Shown here one piece after another: positions 58,101 through 62,816 of a stretch of 62,816 nt of DNA. Location: contig PDIP01000066.1 in the NCBI GenBank assembly GCA_002811645.1, forward strand, positions 1 to 62,816, in the 5' to 3' direction. Below the pieces are notes generated by a model. It saw nothing but the letters and a program-made list of their open reading frames with translations. It made no database searches and had not been told where the DNA came from. Both the position numbers and the translations under genes were made by a program. The stretch comes from Corallochytrium limacisporum Hawaii. Taxonomy: Eukaryota; Protista; Pluriformea. The first letter of the stretch is position 1, and every line of letters begins with the position of its first letter.

Positions 58101-61100
58101 GTTTGTATCACAGGGGGATTGGGGGACGTGGGGGTTGGGTTGCGAGGTGGGTGCCAAAAAATTGGTGCGCACGGGAAGTGTGGCGGCGCAGTCCGCTTGT
58201 TCTTTTGGTCCACCTGCATTCCAATTGATGGCCAGCAACAAAACAGTCCCTGCCGCTATGTGGGCTTCTTACTGCCCAGTACAGATCAATTGGAGATGTG
58301 TTAGCGGTCGCCCTTGCTAATGTCACACTCACAACAGACAAGAGTGTGACCCTGACATGGGTTCATTGATTAGCGCACCTGCCCTCGAAGTGTGCGGAGC
58401 TGATCTCCTTCTTGGGGCTTTCAGCGTCTAGTTTCCAAAATTTGTCAGCTATTCAGTATTTGAGACAGACAGCAATACAGAGGGGCAGCATAACCGGTAT
58501 CGAAAACAATATGACTGAAGGAGAGTGCGCCCATGATGATCCCCCGACGTCGTTGCCAGGAGGTTAAAACATTAATCGCTCATGCACATCCAGCGGTATG
58601 GAGGATCCTCAACTCTTACAAGACTCGGCCCGGTCTCTTCTCAACGTGCTATCCATATGTACATGCCTGTTTGGTTCCGGTGTACGAATTCCAGCTTGGT
58701 GAACGATTTCCCTTTTCTATAGTGCATTGATTCCATTGTTACGAGTACGAATGGTGTTGAAGCGACAGCGCCAATCCAGCTATGTCCATCACAGCCGTGG
58801 ATGCTCCGCAAAGATATTAATGTCAGTCTCAATAGTCTGTTCATCAACACGAGTGTGTTCGTCGTATGCGATACTTCAGCTAGCGGGACCCGCATATGCA
58901 GCCCGGCTCTTAAAGCCAAAAAATTGACTTGATGCGATGGACATGACACGCTCGTGCTTCATAAGTAGTTTTAAATGAGCTCGACAGTTTACCAGCAGGA
59001 CTGTTTTGCAACATATTGCAAGCGTAAGTAATTTCATTGACCAAGCCAGCCTCCCCTCCTGTTGTCAGTCGAAAAGGGGCTCCTCCTGCCCTGATATTCC
59101 TATCGAATACCCCGCTGTCCGTTGCGGAAAGGAACAAGCAGGACTAAAGCAGAAAGCAGCGGCCCTTGGTAGGGTACACGTCCACGACATTCGCAACTAT
59201 TTGTGGTCCTAGTCGGGTTCTCTGTCCCATCTCAAAAGACCACGTAATACTCAAAGAAAAAAAAAAAAACAGCACGACATGCCCGCCGTCGAAAATTGAT
59301 AAGTGCAGGTTCCAATTCGTACTTCATACCGGGCTGGCTATAATCGACTATCGGCCACATCCACCCGAACTGCACATCGTCCTCACCTAGCACCCTGGCA
59401 GATAGTGCTTTTAGTGTGTGTGTGTGTGGCACAGTCATGACTGTATTGATGTTAAGAACGGGGAGAAATGGAAGGGTTGCGGACAATTCTGGCACAAGCC
59501 TGTAGGTGAGTCTGGGGAGAGTTTACCACTTCTGGTCCCTGCTCCCTTGTGATCCTCCCCGGACCCAATCCAAGCCTCCCCCATCACTAGCGAACGGAGG
59601 AGGCGTAGGGAACCCTGCTAAAGGCGCACAACCTTGGAACAAGAAACTGTAGATGACCACGGCAGAGTCAATGACAACTCCTCGGGCGCGCCGTGGGTCT
59701 CCCTCAATTGACGAGATATTTTTAGCTGAATGTGATCAACATGCGAATTGTCACCGGAGGATATGTACTCGTGGATGCACTTTATCAACCGGACAGCGCA
59801 ACTCGTGCAGGCACCTAATCTATATGTTGCTCCTGAAGGAAGCGAAGTTGCCCGGTTAACGGGTCTGTACAGCTGTAGTCGTTGGCAAGCGGCAGCTAGA
59901 GAATGAAAAACAAAGTAAGGTATGCGCAAGGGAATATTTTGACCTCACCGTGCAAAATTTGAAACCAGTGAAGCAATAAAACTTCTGTGAGTTTCCCTAT
60001 CTATCCGGACACTCACAGAAGGAATACTCGGTCCATCCGCCGGAGGCTGAGTTGTCTCACCCAAGTACTCAAGTTCATTGTGATCCTTGGCAACGGAAGC
60101 AGTTTCGTCCTCTGCTTGGGCCCATTTTCATGTCATTGCCAATGGCAGACAAAGCCGCGCGAGACCACAGTAGGCGGAGATAATGATGAACTATCAACTG
60201 CCTTACTCAAAAACAAATTTTGTGGAGGAGTAAGAGTGCAGTTGGGGTCGGGCAGGTCAAGACAGGTCATGCGAGCATCGCATTCCATGCAGCAATCTCA
60301 ACGTGTGGTGGGTTGAGTATCATCGATGGGTTGAATATCGTGGGTGGATTTCGAAGCAAGGCCCAAGCCGAGAATAAATGCGGGATATCTCTTGTGGAAA
60401 TTACCACTGAGAGATTAACCCAATATGTCTTGGGACTTGAGTTGCTGAAGGTGTGAGTGATGCGACCTCCACATACACAAGCCGCTCATTTCCCGCAAAA
60501 TCCCATAATCTATGTGTTCGAACCAGTCTGCCTAGCGTTTTGCTAGCTCCTGTATGTCTCACACACGCGGCTTCGCACCCCACGTCTACGATATTCCGAC
60601 GGATATTCAATGTGTTCTGAAGCCGTACAGTGGTTAGAACCCTCGTGAACTTATGGATAGCAAGAGCGAAGAAGCATTTAGATAGGAGCGAAGCGCGACG
60701 TTTGAATTGATAGGTACGCAACACATTCGGTAAATAGTTCTCCAGGTCCCCGGAGAGCAAGCACGAAAGAAGACGAAGCATAGAATATTTACAACGAGGG
60801 ACAAGGACTGTGTCATGAATGCCTGTATACTGCTGTGCGGTGCTTGCAAACGAATCATCCTGAATTAATCCGCAACATCAGTAGCACAGAGCAGCAAACC
60901 GAACTCCTTTATAGGTCCCGCTCTGCCGACGCGATGAAAGAAGGAGGGGTTTCTCCCGTCCACATGGATTTCAGTACAAAATGAATGTAGATTTGAAGCG
61001 CGATTGTGATGTTGTGTTCTTGGTACGTCTAAGATTATTGTCCTGACACAAGCGCACTCCTTGGTGGGGGGTACAAGGGCAACTGACAGTACACCAAGAA

Positions 61101-62816
61101 GGAGAGAACCGACCACGCCCTGTGGAAGTATCCATGTCGCGTTTGGTAGCGAATGCATGCGATTTTGAGCCCTTAGTATCGACTATCTCCTCGCAACCAT
61201 CGCCCCGAGGAGATTCCTGAGAGCATGCCCCGCAATATGAGCCTGCAGTTTCATGAAGCACAACAACGCGCTCGGCAAAACCAACTCCATTAGCGGGAAC
61301 GTGGAGATGCTTGACCTTGCATCACAGAACCACAATGAAAGAAAGGAAATGGAGAAGAGCAACAGGCATCTGGCACCCATACGTGCCAGTACTCATGCTC
61401 ACGGACACCAGGCCTTTGCTCATCATTCCAAGAAGTGATATTGGCAGAGTAATGAAGCCGAAACGGCGCATCAATGACACTGATGCAGGGCCCATGACTG
61501 GCGCCACAAAGAACTGACAGTCCTCCCTCCATAGATATCTCCTATACCCAGAGATAGTTACCCGCTGGCGCTTTTATCCCCCCTCCTTCCCTCCCCCTCC
61601 AAGTTTGCCGATATGTTCCGCGATACGGTTCGGGCAGATGCTGTATCCTGAAACCAAGAGCATTGCCGAAAGGACTCAAAATTCATCCACTCGTACATAT
61701 AGAATACACATGGAGATGCTCATCGTCCCTACACAGGGCAGGCCAATGAGTGTGATAAATACAAATGAGTGTTTGCATGCCTGACAATGTAAGCAAAACG
61801 ACCTTCATCAGGGAGCCAATAGGCATGTTATCATTTTGTGCTCGAACCAAAAGAAGTTCTCAAGTGGAGAGAGTTTATTGTCTATCTTATGCCCCGGGGC
61901 CATTGGCATGCGTAGAGTTTATCGTTTTGCTGCCCTCGAACCATAAGAAGGTACCGTTGGACACAAAACGCGCTAAATTCCATCTTGTGTCTTTGGTCTC
62001 GTATATCATCAGCAATAGCAAAAAGTAACACCGAACGGAAGTAATATATCGTATCTTGTGTCTGCATACTTTCTCTCTGCGTACATACCACGATGACAAC
62101 CACAGTTTGCCATTGCGGGTCATTTTGATGGCTGCAAAGATCTCCTTACGCTCAATGACTGGGGACCTGCCACATGCGCACAGAGCGGCCATCTCTTCGG
62201 CATTTGCATACTTCGGATTTCATTTTTTTCTTGTCAACAGCGGTTGCTATTCTCCACCTCGGTACTCTGTCAACTTAGTGCCCATCTCACCAGCATGCAG
62301 AACAGAACCATTAACCCATCCTCACTCCTTTACTGTGTGGTCTCCCGTACCTCTATCAAATGATCGCTCGTTCATGTTCTGGCCAGTCCCGTGATTCCAG
62401 TAATCCTCCGGGGGGACAACTCAATGCCCTTCCGTTCAAAAAAAAACTGGGTTCTAGTCGAGTGATAACGGGAAGACGAAGATGGGGCGGGGCTGATGCT
62501 CGACGGGTAAAGAGCGTGAAGAGATCTACGCGTTTCTCTGATGGGTGTATGCTAGAAGGAAGTTTGCGATAATCAATTTACAAACACTTCAACGGACAGA
62601 GCGCACGAAGCAAAGATTTGCCCCACGGGACAAAGGGAGGGGAAAGGCAAGGGGGAGGAGGGAAAGGATTGTGATTTTAAGGAACAGGGGAGGGGGCCAG
62701 TGACACCGTAGGAACGCCTCCTTGTCAAAACTCCCAATACATTCAGTATAAAAATTACATCTCCGCAATAGTTTCATGGCCGCGCCCGAAAAGTCGCTCC
62801 TCCGCCCGGTGTGGGG

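Overview
Eukaryotic nuclear DNA, probably from a unicellular opisthokont. This is an inference from the gene set (HDAC11, CCDC25, TCF25, TCP11, RIF1, WDHD1 and ABHD12 types); the apparent lack of introns resembles Corallochytrium-like intron-poor genomes. About 17 recognisable genes are single uninterrupted ORFs, mostly in tight clusters at about 2-15.8 kb and 33-54.4 kb, with TCP11 alone at 26-29 kb. The clusters are separated by ORF-poor tracts rich in poly-C/poly-G runs and microsatellites, and there are three N gaps. The most notable signal is operon-like organisation. panB and panE, consecutive pantothenate-pathway enzymes, are head-to-tail with a bacterial-style ATGA stop/start overlap. 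A second ATGA overlap joins an Atg101-like 141-aa ORF to ABHD12, and that ORF starts 88 nt downstream of MMSDH. This suggests polycistronic or translationally coupled expression, or a cryptic fusion. Also notable is a membrane-anchored Agd3-like protein that apparently lacks its deacetylase motif. All homology calls come from motif recognition by eye, not from database searches.
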